From positions 310,001-374,000 of the forward strand of contig JAKMXF010000221.1 of assembly GCA_024704765.1 (NCBI GenBank): 64,000 nucleotides of DNA. Reading direction: 5' to 3'. The DNA is from Oopsacas minuta. Its lineage: Eukaryota > Animalia > Porifera. The position numbers and the translations under genes are program-made. This document shows, piece by piece, positions 46,919-58,362 of this stretch (position 1 is the stretch's first letter; the number at the start of each line of letters is the position of its first letter). The notes below the pieces were generated by a model that saw only the letters and a program-made list of their open reading frames with translations, had not been told where the DNA came from and did not search any database.

Positions 46919-49900
46919 ATGCGAATACGTCCTATTTATCAGATATTGGCTCATGCTCGCACCTTAATTACAAAACTGATTTGTACGACAGTCAGATGTT
47001 CATCATCTAGTGGTAGAGATAAGTTCATACCCTTCAACTCTCTACCCATGAGACAACGTGTTAAAGAGAAACTCGAAGAGAAGGGATTTCCATTCCGTGA
47101 GGGGTATTCGAACTTTATTATGAACTGTCCGTTCTGTACAAGAGATGATAGAAATATGTATGTGGATATGGACTCCGGTAAATAATACGTATATGAATAT
47201 TATCCTAGTGTATTTATTTATGATAATTGTTGAAGATTGAAAATTAGGAAAGAAACACAGAATAGAATAAATCTGTAGTAAGCAGCTATTTTGATTTCAT
47301 ATACTACACACTACAGTTATCTATTGCTTTACAAACTCGTTAATCTGGTTTGGCATCTCATCAATCTGTGTACTATAATACTGCTCTATGTCTCGTAGAA
47401 TTCGAATGTCGTCATCTTTCGCGAAATTTATCGCGACGCCTTTCCTCCCGAACCTTCCAGATCTCCCGATCCTGTGGATATAGAGCTCTCGATTCGGAGG
47501 TAGATCGTAGTTAATAACAAGTGATACCTGCTCTACATCAATCCCTCTAGCCCACACATCTGTAGTAATCATAACTCTACTCTCTCCATCTCTGAACTCC
47601 TTCATTATAGCAGTCCTCTCTCTCTGATGCATCTCTCCGTGCATGTAAGATAGAGTAAAATTAGCCTCTCTGAGCTTCTCAGCTAATAGCTCAACCTTTC
47701 TACGTGAATTACAGAAAATTACAGCCTGTGTGATTACTAGCGTATCGTACAGATCCACTAGTGTATCGAACTTCCATTCTTCTCTCTCTACAGATACGAA
47801 GTATTGCTTTATTCCTTCTAGAGTTAACTCGTCCCTCTTCACCAGAATACGTACAGGCTCTGTCATGAACTTGTTGGTTATTTCCAGAATCTCGTGGGGT
47901 AGAGTAGCACTAACTAGCACTACTTGTAGAGAGGGAGGGAGATAGCGGTATATTTCGTAGATCTGTTCCTTGAATCCCTTATTCAACATCTCATCAGCTT
48001 CGTCTAGAACCAGCATCTTTATATTACGAGTACGGAGTGTGTGTCTCTTGATCATGTCCAGAACACGACCCGGCGTTCCGGATATAACGTGCTGTCCGAA
48101 CTCTAATTTCCTCAAATCTTCTCCTATATTCGTCCCTCCTATACAAGCATGGCAATGCAAGTTCATGTAATCCCCCAGAGCTAGCATGACAGCCTGTATC
48201 TGTATAGCCAGCTCTCTGGTAGGAGACAGTACTAACACTTGTATTTCTCTCAGCTGTGTGTCAATACGCTGTAGTACTGCAATGCTGTACGTAGCTGTCT
48301 TGCCAGTACCGGATTGAGCTTGTGCTGTCACGTCACGTCCTGATATGATCGGCCGGATAGCTCGCTGTTGGATGGCTGAGGGCTTCTCAAATCCGTACGC
48401 ATATATACCCCGCAACAAATTGTCTCTCAGGCCCATCTGGTCAAACGTTGGTAACACATCTACACCTTTGGTACTCTCGAATATTAGAGAATTGTCTGTA
48501 GAGATAAGCCCAGACTTCCCTGGCGTATCTTCCTCTAGTGACACATATCTCGCTGCCATATTGGTTGTATTGATTGTATTGCTAGAGATTAATATTAAAC
48601 AAATTTAGGTTCATACTCTTGTCAGCCTTGTTGTAAAAAAGGCACATGGACAGACTTATCGAATTGGACAACACTAGGCGATACAGGCTCAGTAGCTAGG
48701 ATAGAACCGCCGAAAAAAAAAGTTCCAAAGAAAAAGCAATCTGCAGCTGATTCCATTGAGGTGGAGAAAGATACAGAAGTTGTACAAGTTAAACTGGATG
48801 AATATGCAAATGAAAATACACGGCCGTTCAATTCTGAAGACAAAATTTTGACTGATAAAGTAAGTTATTCTACCATCCACACAAGCAATGAATTATTTGA
48901 AATAACAAACTCTGTAGGCAATAGGGACTAGAAGTTTGGACCTGACAACAATTCTGAAATTCAACCTGAGAGTACTCAATCCTAACCAATCAGAATCCTC
49001 TCAGAAAGATAATATTACATTATGCTGGCCTTGGTACAACAACTATACAGATAAGGTATTACGTGAATTACATAGTTTAAGATTATTTTCATTCTATTCT
49101 ATGACAGGAATTGATTGGTCTTAAGAGAGAACAGATTATTAAATCTAAAGACAGTAACCCGGTAACTTATTGCCTGAAAGACGGGAGATCTGGATTGTTT
49201 GGTTGGAACATGATAAACTCAAAATCTAAGACTGTAGTACTGACTGCTAGGGAGGTGGATGTGATAGCTCTAGTGCAAGACTGTAAGGTAACTAAATTTG
49301 TGATTCCACAATTCAATATTGTAATACGTAAATTTAAAACCTACCACAAATTCTAAATAAGAAAGTATACTGAGTCAATACTAGAATCTTGTTAGTGCAG
49401 TAATGTTAGTAAGAAATGGGTTTTGCATTGAGAAAACTGAAAAATACGAATCGGCTAAAGCAGCCTTCCAAGGCCCTTGAATATGCTCAGAAAGAAAGAC
49501 GTGTGTCTAAACCATATTTACATGTAAAAGATAGAAATTTTATTTCCCGGTTGAGGGAAATAAAACTCACAGAGATCCCTGAAGTTCAAGATACCATTGA
49601 ACAACGTTATTCTCCTCCCCCAAGATCCAAATCTAAAGATGCAAGATCTATACCAATTGGTATGCTAGATACAGACCAGATTACACTAATTCTAGCCAAT
49701 AAACGAAAATATCCAGAAACATGGAACAAGGCTTACGTCTCCAATCAATTCCAAATTAAAGAGGAACACGCAGAAGGACTTATCACAAGTTTTAACAATT
49801 ATGTAGAACCTCCAGCTAAACGGCTAAAAGAACCAGGAAATACTGAATCTAGACCTGTAGTAGATAATTAATTATTTTATTAACTAGATAATAAAAATAT

Positions 49901-52900
49901 AATTTTCAAACATAAATCTATGAATACTATCGAAGCTAAACACTTAATGTGTTTTACAACACTGCAATACTAAGCCACCCGAAAAGCATGATCACCCCTC
50001 CAATAGGAGGAATAAACATTGTTGGAATATCGAAGAAACCTTTGAGGTACAGTGAGCCGCAAAACATTACTGTACCTACCGTGATGAGACAGCCACAAAG
50101 AGGATGTGTGTTGGTAGAGGTAGAGAGTGCGAGTAGAGCTAGACTGCTTATAAAATGGTATTTGTTAGCAGAGAGCACTAATTCCTTATTCTCTGGTGAG
50201 ATACTATGTGAGTGAGCTGCGTATGCACCTAAGGCAACAGCAAATGCCCCTGATAGTCCAGCTACACGTCCCCAAACGCGAGGACAGGCTTTAAGCGAGG
50301 AAAGTCTGGCATTCATTGAATTATACACTTTAAGCTATTTTTGGTGTGAAAATAATAAAAATAATAATACGATAAAACAGATATATAATTATCAATAATC
50401 AATAATTTATCAGAGATAAATAAGGAATAAATTTAATACCATTATTAGACCTATATATGTATATACGTTAACTGATATCCGCCCAACTGTAATGTGACCT
50501 ACAGTATTAGTTTCAATAAGCAAATATCATAGAGCACCAGGCTAGTCCATATAACAGCTGGCCTATGAAAGGCAGATGTCCTAATGAAAGTTCATAGAAA
50601 GATCTGAGGTAAGTACCTCCGCAGAATAGGAGAGTACCTATACATAGAAGTCCTTTAGGTACTCCATATGGACGACCGTTTGGTAGCGCTATTAATAGCA
50701 CGCTCGCTGCTAACTGGTGTTGAACTGCAAGACTGATGTCATTCTTACTTTCCTCAGTCAGAGATTCACTTTTTAAAGCGTAGTACTTAACCACGAGTGC
50801 TGTTATACCTCCCACTCCAGCCATCTTAACCCACATGGTCCCACAAGGCATATGTTTGAAGTGGGAAGGAAAGTTAGGTCGCATTGAAGTAGACATATAA
50901 AGTAATGTTATGTGCTAAATAATTATGTGACTACTGCTAGAGTTAATACATACGTATATGAATAACAAGAAATAAATAATTGTATGTGAAGCAGGAAAGT
51001 TAAAAGATACTCCAAAGTATTGGAGATTTTGATATCTAAATTCCTTACAGATTTAACAGACAGACAGACAGACAGCAGTAATTCTCTTTCAGAGGTACTT
51101 AGGCTCCGGACAGTAAATTTTTGGTAAAAATCTCTTTCAAACGAATCATTAATTGCTGGAAACACATGAACACACAAGGCCCCGATCAGCGTAATATACT
51201 CTTCTGTACACTCCCTCCCTTCCAGGAGCTGACAGCTAATATTTACAGAGTAAGCTCGGAAAATCAACCATCTAATTATGATCGCTTCTCCACTCAACAG
51301 CTGAGTCGTTACCTAGCTAGAAATATTCCTAGTTTCCTTGTAGGTCCAGCTGACCAGACCTCTCTTTATCTAGAATATTCTGAGTCTAAGAAGAAGCTCG
51401 TGATTATAACCAGCTCGTTAGCTACACAGACAGAGCGATACAGGGATAAATTGTCAGAGTTAAGACTAACAGATGGAAATAGTATTGAGATGAATTCTCG
51501 TATTTTTGAGGAATGTTATCGCTTCACTCTATACTCTAGACTCAGTCCTAAATGGAATAGATTTGGCAATATGCTTGTACTAAGACATAACTTTCTTTCC
51601 GGTAACAAGTCAGAAACAGTCCTAGCAGTTAAGCTGGAGTCTAATATCCAAGCAGGAGAGCTGTGTCTATCCGTAATACCATACACTATAACATTCAGAC
51701 CATTGAACCTGCTGGAAGTGTTAAACATATCTCAGGGAAGGTTCATGCCAGACACACCTCAATCTTTACAGCTGTTGCTAGGACAGGATTTGAGTAGAAC
51801 GAGTGTAGCTTGTCAGATTCTTCCTAATCTAACCAGAGGATATCTACACTCTGTAACAACACATCCCCTCAATACTTCACCGCTACAAGATTACTCAGCT
51901 GTTTGTGAGTATTGGAAGTATGTACACGGATATGAGCTACCCCATGGAACAGCTGACTACTTTGTTAACGTGTCATTTCAGAGACAATCAAGTCGTGCTC
52001 TGACTTATCCTCTTCCGTGTGTACTAACAGACAGGAGTATAGTATGGAGATATAGTCCTGCTAGTATTGGTGAGGTTGTGAGTAGTTTCTTACAAGACAC
52101 GAACAAGAGAGTTGCTTCTCTGTGTGGTTATCAGTTATATTTATCTCACAGAGTACATCCTACTACATCTATACAGATACACCCTGAACCTCCTACACAG
52201 TCATACTCTAATTACTACAGGACACATAAACCTAAAGAGAATACAGCTCTCACTCATCGCATAGCAGCTCAAGCATCACAGCCTATAATTAGCGGAATTA
52301 CACAGCCTATAATTAGCGGAATTACACAGCCTAATACTCTATCAGCTACACCTCCTCTACTTAATATTACAACAACACAATCTATAAGTTCTGCTATAGC
52401 TACACAGCCTAAACCTAATATTACAGCTACACAGCTTACTGTTCCATCACCAGAGAGATATAGACCTATCTTCAAAGCTAATAAGCCCCTCACTTCCAAG
52501 TTACAAGATGTAACAAAGAAACAAACAGTACCAGTGGCTGAGTACACAAACTCTCAACCTGTCTCTACCCCTATCAAGCCTGTGTTCTCATCTCTCCCAA
52601 CTACCTTCAAATCTACACATAACAAGAATTCTATCAAAACTACTAACATATCTCATGTACAAATAACCGGTCCTAACTCTTCATGCAAGGGGAATATTAG
52701 CTCTGGCTCACAGAGAGATCATCCTCCCACCTCTCCTACAACTCAGCCTCCTCCCGCTAAGAAACCGCGAGTATCTAAAGCTAGTATAAATGAACTAATA
52801 AAAGCTGATCAGCTGGAGAAAGCTAACGTGTCAAGTCTAACTGATTGGCTTAGAGAGAAAAAGATAACTTTCAAATCAAAAGATAAGAAAGCACAGCTTA

Positions 52901-55900
52901 TCGTGCTGGTACGTCAGCACTCTCTGCTCATGTCAGAACCTTGACATAATTTTCTTATAGCAAATTACCAAAGAAATAGTACATAAATGGAGATACGTAT
53001 ATTCAGTGTAACGTGTGTATAGAATAAATAATACATATATCGAATCGTTAGTAAGATTTAGTTAACAAACTCATCTCTTCAATCCTCTACTTCTTGCAGC
53101 TGACTGCTAATGAATAGGAACATGTCTTGATAGTATAGCTTGCTGATAACGATAAGTTCTTTTGCTTTTATTTCCTTTTCTTCTCCATGACAGAACTTTA
53201 CTACTGCCATGCCCTCATTACATTCTCTCACTTCTCCTGGCATAAATAGTCCCGCGTCCGGACTAGCTAACACATAGCTTCCATCTACAACCCCAGATTC
53301 TTCATCCCCCGGTGCTCTGAATATATGCACGATAGACTGTTCTTCTATAGCTCCATCGGGGAATTGAATCATATAGTGACGTGTTTTCCATGATTTCCCT
53401 ACTACTTGTGCTGAGTAAAATACACCAGATTGTTCTCTCCTACACACCACAGATTCTGTTATCCAACTACTGTCATACTGACTAGCTATCTCGCTGAGAG
53501 CAGAGCAAACGGCCTCATCTACAGGCTGTATTCTACTCCATGATATATTACAGGTGACGTCATCATAAAACTTTATCTCAGCTTCTCCAGTTTCTCCATC
53601 TATCCGTAGGATCTGTCCGGGGACGTAGCAGGTAGGGAAAGAGGGATGCTCTGCTAGTACCCTCTGATCAGAATACACCTCTGGGAGTCTGCTCTCTGAG
53701 CTAGAGAAGGGTAATAACTTGTCTGTCTCTTCCCATACAGTCTCTCCATTAATCTTCATACGTAGAGTAACCCCGCTATCTCTATCAATATCTTCACTCA
53801 ATACTTCTGCTGCGTAGAACCATCCGTCTCTTCTGCTGTCCACGAGCACTGATTCTCCGCTTGAGAATGTTACTACTGGGGGAGGTGATACCTGAGGGGT
53901 GAGGTCTTGGATTAGCAGAGTAGGACCCTGATCGCTCCTGGACAACTCGTGTGGAGATTCTGCGCCCTCTTTATGAGGTACCAGCATTGTCTGTCCGTCT
54001 GCTTGCATAACTAAGTAAGCATTTGGGGACTCCTGTACTTCTGAATTCCGGGCCTTAAGAGCAGTCACCTCTCTAGTCACTCCCTCTAACTCCTCCAGCA
54101 GTTTCTTCTGAGAGTTTTCCATGTCCTCCATCCTCGGGTCTGGAGTAGGTTCCAATAAACAATCATCTAACTGAGTACTGGTACCCTGGGTGTAAGTAGA
54201 AGGGAGAGACTCGGTCCATTTGTCATGCATCCCTGTAACCTGAACTCCCTGATCCACTAGATATGGGATGGTATCCGGAATACTGGCGCTTGTCTGGGTG
54301 TGTGCCGGAGCACTGAAAGGTCTCATCCGTTCCAAACTTAGGGTATCAACATTCATGTCACAGGTTGGAGTAAGTTCAAAGGTTATCGATTCTGCTTGAG
54401 CATCTGGTACCTCTGAATCAGGAAGTACAGATTGGGGCCCTGTCTCTCCAATGGGGTCACGAGAAGATAAAGATATCACCTAAGTATTGAATAAATTAAG
54501 CTATCTGTGCTATATTATAGTATAGCTAGTATATACCAGTGATAAGCGCTCCATTAACTCAATGTGTTGCTCGCTCTGTTTCTCCACCAGTTTAGAGAGG
54601 GTATCCATTGAGGGGGATTTCTGTAGCTTAAACTCTCCCTCATCCTCTACACTGTCATAGAGAGCTGGGTGTCTTCTCTCTTCTTGCTCGATGGAAGAGG
54701 ATAATCCAACCATCAGTTGTTGAATATACCGACACACAGACAGAAAATAGGCACGGGAAATACGGATCATACCGGCACGCAGACTTGATACCGGTCTCCC
54801 GTTGAATGATGTAGCAGCATACACGGGTACACTGGAAGGAGGGAATGTAATACCCCCTTTGTAAGGAGTCACTTGTACAATTGCTGGAATGAAGTAATCA
54901 CACATACCTAATTGGATAATTATATATTAGAGATATTGTTAAGCTAATTCGTAGCTATACTTAGTTACTTACCTGTACTGAGATTAGGATGCTGACCGTA
55001 TTTAGACCTGACTCTAACCAGCACATAGTCACCTGGGTGTAGTACTGGACAGGGACGAGCTCCACCTCGTGGAACTACAAGTCTAGTGCTAATACGGTCT
55101 GTCTGTCCGTCTGCGAACTGAACTATTACGTTGTTTGAGGTTACATGTTTGAGTACTATTCCAGGGTAGAATAGGCCGTCTCGACTGGAGCGAGCACAAA
55201 CCTATAAGAAAAATACGTTAAATATTAGAAGAATATTCTAGAATAAATTCACTACCTGTGTCCCTTTCATTGACTGAGGAATAGGTTTTGTGTGTTGTTT
55301 CTCAGAAGCGAAAGATTCGCGGGAAAGTGATCTCGCCACCTCTTCTTCATTCTTAGAGATGTTATGTGTGTGTAGTAAAGGATTGTGTTTTCTTCTCTTT
55401 CCCTTCTTTTTACCCTGAGTTGAGTTACTGACAGATGACAGCTCTGACAGACTCTGACTTAGCTCTGATTTTAGATCTTCTTGTCTAGATGTCTCTCTTT
55501 CCTTAACATTCAGTGAGCTGGGAGGTGATTGGGTTGCCATTGACAGGATTACTTATAGAGCCAACAAATAATTGAAAATATATAAAGTGGCCGTTAAGAA
55601 TGGTTGTATCCCCTTAGATTGAATTCAGTTAAATTCGATAATAATTAAATGATTGCAATAAATAAAAAGGAATTATTTATTTTCTTTCTCTTCTATTTCT
55701 TGATTATTCGTAGTATTTGTTGTATTCTGTGTTGAGTTGTTTGTCTCATTAGCTTTGCTCTTCTCTTCTATTTTTGATTTTATTCTCTCGTCTGAAGGAT
55801 CAATCGCGATTATTTTTTTCTGTAATTCTTTCCATTTAGCTCGGATTGGGTCTAGGATCGTTGGCTCAGGTCCGAAGTTGTCAGTATTCGCGAATAGAAG

Positions 55901-58086
55901 ATAATATACAGTTACCGTCACCACTACTACAGTCTTTACCGCTATAAATGCTTTCCTATTACGCAACCAGTAAGGATTAAATAACAATTCTCCTTCCTCA
56001 TACTCATCTATTATCTTTCGAGGTCTAGGTCTCTTTATTTTCTTTATGTAATTCCCCATTAATTCAGAATTTCTATATTTCTTAAATTTACTTTTAATAA
56101 TCGTGAAAAATATTTGTAATTATTTATTAAGTATTTATCTAGGCCACGGCGTTAGCACTTCCACAAGGCCTAGCAACACTCCCTCCTGAACTCCTCCCCC
56201 AACTAGAGATGTTTGACAATATTATCTTATGGCTAGGTGACGACATTAGAGCCAGACAGGCTGCTCTACAATTCGCGAAAAAATTAAATCTAAAGAGATG
56301 TTATATGGTGCGGAAATCTACAGACTTTGCACCAGACACACCATTCACACCTCTCAACGTAAGATCATTACTCTAAATTATACCAATAAAGTAATTAGAA
56401 GGTTTATGTAATAACGCCAGTGCCCCCTTTAATCGTTTCGGTTAAAATATAATATACAGAACATTAGTATACTATAAGTGAAGTGCCACACAGCTGGTTT
56501 TCTTTTCTGACCATTGAGATTTTGTTTACGTGAATTCTGATGTTTTCTTCACAATAATAACAAGTGTCTGTCCTATTGCTCCGAGAAATAGAAAGCACAT
56601 ATCTATGCTAAATACGATTATCTCTACTCTCAATACATAAGTCTGCCAGAGAGTGAAGTATAGGTCCCCTGCCAGGTCTGGCACTACCAATGCCAGTCCT
56701 ACCCCAAGTCCTAAATAACTTGAGGTCAGATTTCCTTTAATACTCATATAAGTGTGTGCTGTGTGTAAGAACGATAGAACCAAGAATAGTAGTATTAGCT
56801 CTAGAGCAAGGGAAGCTAGTTCATAAGGCAATACAAGCCCTTTGTATATGAATACGAATAATTCAAGTGAGAATAGCAACACTAAATACACACCTCTGAA
56901 GTAGAGTAGCATTTGAGAGGCTAGCTGGAAATAATGTATAACTGCTATCCCCATCTAACTAATGTAATGCTATTAAATAAACTTTTTAAAATAAATAGAA
57001 AATTGTATATACAAAACAGCTGTATTTACGTATAACAAGATTATATTTTGTAGCTATTGAATGAAGGCATACATTTAGGAGGGATTCTAGAATCTGCTCT
57101 AAAGTTACGTCATGATAAGATAATGACATTCTGGGATATTCGTAATGAGGTTTGGTATGAGTTGTATCACTCAGATAAAATAGAGGGACTTAAATGGGAG
57201 AGGTATCCTGATCTTACTAAGCTACTGAAAGGCTACCGTAGAGGAGAGCTGTCCATTTATACAGGGCAAACAGGTAACTTATTGTATAACATTAATACAG
57301 TGGATACTGGTTATAAGGACCACCTTGGGAGTAGCAATACATCTACTTTTAGCTGGCCTGTTTTTATAACCGGCATCCACTGTATTAACATTCATTTTTT
57401 TATTTCAAGGTTCTGGAAAGACAACTCTCCTAAGCGAGCTGTCTCTAGATCTATGTATGCAGAACGTATGCACTCTATGGGGGAGCTTTGAAATAAGTAC
57501 AATAAGATTAGCCAAGACAATGTTGAGACAGTACTCAAGAGTTAATCTAGAAGAAAATAACGAACTATTCGAAATCTGGGCAGATAAATACGAATCTCTG
57601 CCTATGTATTTTATGAATTTCTACGGAGCTACTAAGATTGAAGATATTATAGAGACAATAGACTATGCGGTATATATGTATGACGTAGAGCATGTTATAG
57701 TGGATAATCTACAATTCATGGTTTCATTGGAATTCCAAAATGATAAATATTTCGTACAGGACAAGATTGTAGCCGCTTTGAGAAGATTCGCCACTGAGAA
57801 AGCTGTCCACATATCTCTAGTTGTACATCCAAGGAAGGAGAACGATGAGGTGGTACTCGAGAAATCATCTATATATGGAACTGCTAAAGCTATACAGGAA
57901 GCTGATAATATTATGATTCTACATTCAAATCCTGGACAGGCTAAAGCACTGGAGGTATGCAAGAACAGGTTTGATGGAACTCTTGGGTTAGTTAGACTAC
58001 AGTACAGTACATCTGATAGTACATTTTCTAACTTAAAATCATCTAGAAGTAATATAATAGCTATGATGAATCAAGAAAAATGGTAG
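46919..58086 (+). CDS. TWNK: Twinkle mtDNA primase-helicase, 7 exons (46919-47177, 48609-48859, 48918-49055, 49108-49287, 56143-56358, 57054-57273, 57410-58086)
   Basis: CPFC...CQPC zinc-binding region, [47 protein letters not shown]|[29 protein letters not shown]; all junctions in frame. Confidence 0.93.
47321..48559 (-). CDS. EIF4A3: Exon-junction-complex DEAD-box helicase, intronless, in TWNK intron 1
   Basis: [60 protein letters not shown]. Confidence 0.95.
   Translation of the reverse strand: MAARYVSLEEDTPGKSGLISTDNSLIFESTKGVDVLPTFDQMGLRDNLLRGIYAYGFEKPSAIQQRAIRPIISGRDVTAQAQSGTGKTATYSIAVLQRIDTQLREIQVLVLSPTRELAIQIQAVMLALGDYMNLHCHACIGGTNIGEDLRKLEFGQHVISGTPGRVLDMIKRHTLRTRNIKMLVLDEADEMLNKGFKEQIYEIYRYLPPSLQVVLVSATLPHEILEITNKFMTEPVRILVKRDELTLEGIKQYFVSVEREEWKFDTLVDLYDTLVITQAVIFCNSRRKVELLAEKLREANFTLSYMHGEMHQRERTAIMKEFRDGESRVMITTDVWARGIDVEQVSLVINYDLPPNRELYIHRIGRSGRFGRKGVAINFAKDDDIRILRDIEQYYSTQIDEMPNQINEFVKQ
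49416..49871 (+). CDS. NDUFAF4: Complex I assembly factor 4-like (UPF0240), same-strand nested in TWNK intron 4
   Basis: [36 protein letters not shown] resembles the NDUFAF4 PETWT motif region. Confidence 0.65.
   Translation: MGFALRKLKNTNRLKQPSKALEYAQKERRVSKPYLHVKDRNFISRLREIKLTEIPEVQDTIEQRYSPPPRSKSKDARSIPIGMLDTDQITLILANKRKYPETWNKAYVSNQFQIKEEHAEGLITSFNNYVEPPAKRLKEPGNTESRPVVDN
49954..50328 (-). CDS. TMEM256: TMEM256 / DUF423 membrane protein
   Basis: [33 protein letters not shown]...GWL. Confidence 0.88.
   Translation of the reverse strand: MYNSMNARLSSLKACPRVWGRVAGLSGAFAVALGAYAAHSHSISPENKELVLSANKYHFISSLALLALSTSTNTHPLCGCLITVGTVMFCGSLYLKGFFDIPTMFIPPIGGVIMLFGWLSIAVL
50513..50896 (-). CDS. Divergent TMEM256 paralogue (tandem duplicate)
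   Basis: Same length and hydrophobic pattern ([14 protein letters not shown]...AW) adjacent to the canonical copy. Confidence 0.7.
   Translation of the reverse strand: MSTSMRPNFPSHFKHMPCGTMWVKMAGVGGITALVVKYYALKSESLTEESKNDISLAVQHQLAASVLLIALPNGRPYGVPKGLLCIGTLLFCGGTYLRSFYELSLGHLPFIGQLLYGLAWCSMIFAY
51166..52944 (+). CDS. C18orf63: C18orf63-like protein with low-complexity linker and C-terminal SAP/HeH-like helix pair; same-strand nested in TWNK intron 4
   Basis: [22 protein letters not shown] and TYPLPCV match the C18orf63 N-terminal domain; [22 protein letters not shown] tail. Confidence 0.78.
   Translation: MNTQGPDQRNILFCTLPPFQELTANIYRVSSENQPSNYDRFSTQQLSRYLARNIPSFLVGPADQTSLYLEYSESKKKLVIITSSLATQTERYRDKLSELRLTDGNSIEMNSRIFEECYRFTLYSRLSPKWNRFGNMLVLRHNFLSGNKSETVLAVKLESNIQAGELCLSVIPYTITFRPLNLLEVLNISQGRFMPDTPQSLQLLLGQDLSRTSVACQILPNLTRGYLHSVTTHPLNTSPLQDYSAVCEYWKYVHGYELPHGTADYFVNVSFQRQSSRALTYPLPCVLTDRSIVWRYSPASIGEVVSSFLQDTNKRVASLCGYQLYLSHRVHPTTSIQIHPEPPTQSYSNYYRTHKPKENTALTHRIAAQASQPIISGITQPIISGITQPNTLSATPPLLNITTTQSISSAIATQPKPNITATQLTVPSPERYRPIFKANKPLTSKLQDVTKKQTVPVAEYTNSQPVSTPIKPVFSSLPTTFKSTHNKNSIKTTNISHVQITGPNSSCKGNISSGSQRDHPPTSPTTQPPPAKKPRVSKASINELIKADQLEKANVSSLTDWLREKKITFKSKDKKAQLIVLVRQHSLLMSEP
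52277..52332 (+). repeat. 24-nt coding tandem repeat (QPIISGIT x2.3)
   Basis: cacagcctataattagcggaatta repeated perfectly twice plus a partial copy. Confidence 0.95.
53079..55540 (-). CDS. C11orf16/VWA3B-type (DUF4537, Tudor-like repeat) protein, 4 exons, nested in TWNK intron 4
   Basis: Spliced KGTQ|[16 protein letters not shown]...[17 protein letters not shown]...|[10 protein letters not shown]; further repeats [12 protein letters not shown] and [12 protein letters not shown]. Confidence 0.7.
55673..56059 (-). CDS. Small single-pass membrane protein, possibly UQCC4-like
   Basis: One TM segment followed by [16 protein letters not shown] and a charged tail; the family call is weak. Confidence 0.45.
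   Translation of the reverse strand: MGNYIKKIKRPRPRKIIDEYEEGELLFNPYWLRNRKAFIAVKTVVVVTVTVYYLLFANTDNFGPEPTILDPIRAKWKELQKKIIAIDPSDERIKSKIEEKSKANETNNSTQNTTNTTNNQEIEEKENK
56526..56954 (-). CDS. TMEM216: Ciliary transition-zone protein TMEM216 (TMEM17/80/216 family), in TWNK intron 5
   Basis: [28 protein letters not shown]. Confidence 0.85.
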   Translation of the reverse strand: MGIAVIHYFQLASQMLLYFRGVYLVLLFSLELFVFIYKGLVLPYELASLALELILLFLVLSFLHTAHTYMSIKGNLTSSYLGLGVGLALVVPDLAGDLYFTLWQTYVLRVEIIVFSIDMCFLFLGAIGQTLVIIVKKTSEFT

Positions 58087-58362
58087 AGAATATTACACCA
58101 TATAGAAAATCAACTATTCATATAAGAATGGAATAAAGAGATTATTTTCATTATTTTTACTTGTAGCCATGATTCCCAATGGGTGAACTAATGATCTGCA
58201 GAATAACCTATGGTTCATCCACTTAGTATAATAATACGTCTGAGTACGTTCACGTGTATAGTAGATTATTATCATTTGACTTAGGTAGGCATAGAGCTTA
58301 TGACTAGTCCCAGAACTTGTATAATAGTGATTCTAATACATTGTCAGAATATACATTAGATA

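Noticed and set aside
46919-58086. Twinkle fragments as separate pseudogenes
   Set aside because: All seven exons join in frame with correct motif order once the exon at 56143-56358 is found.
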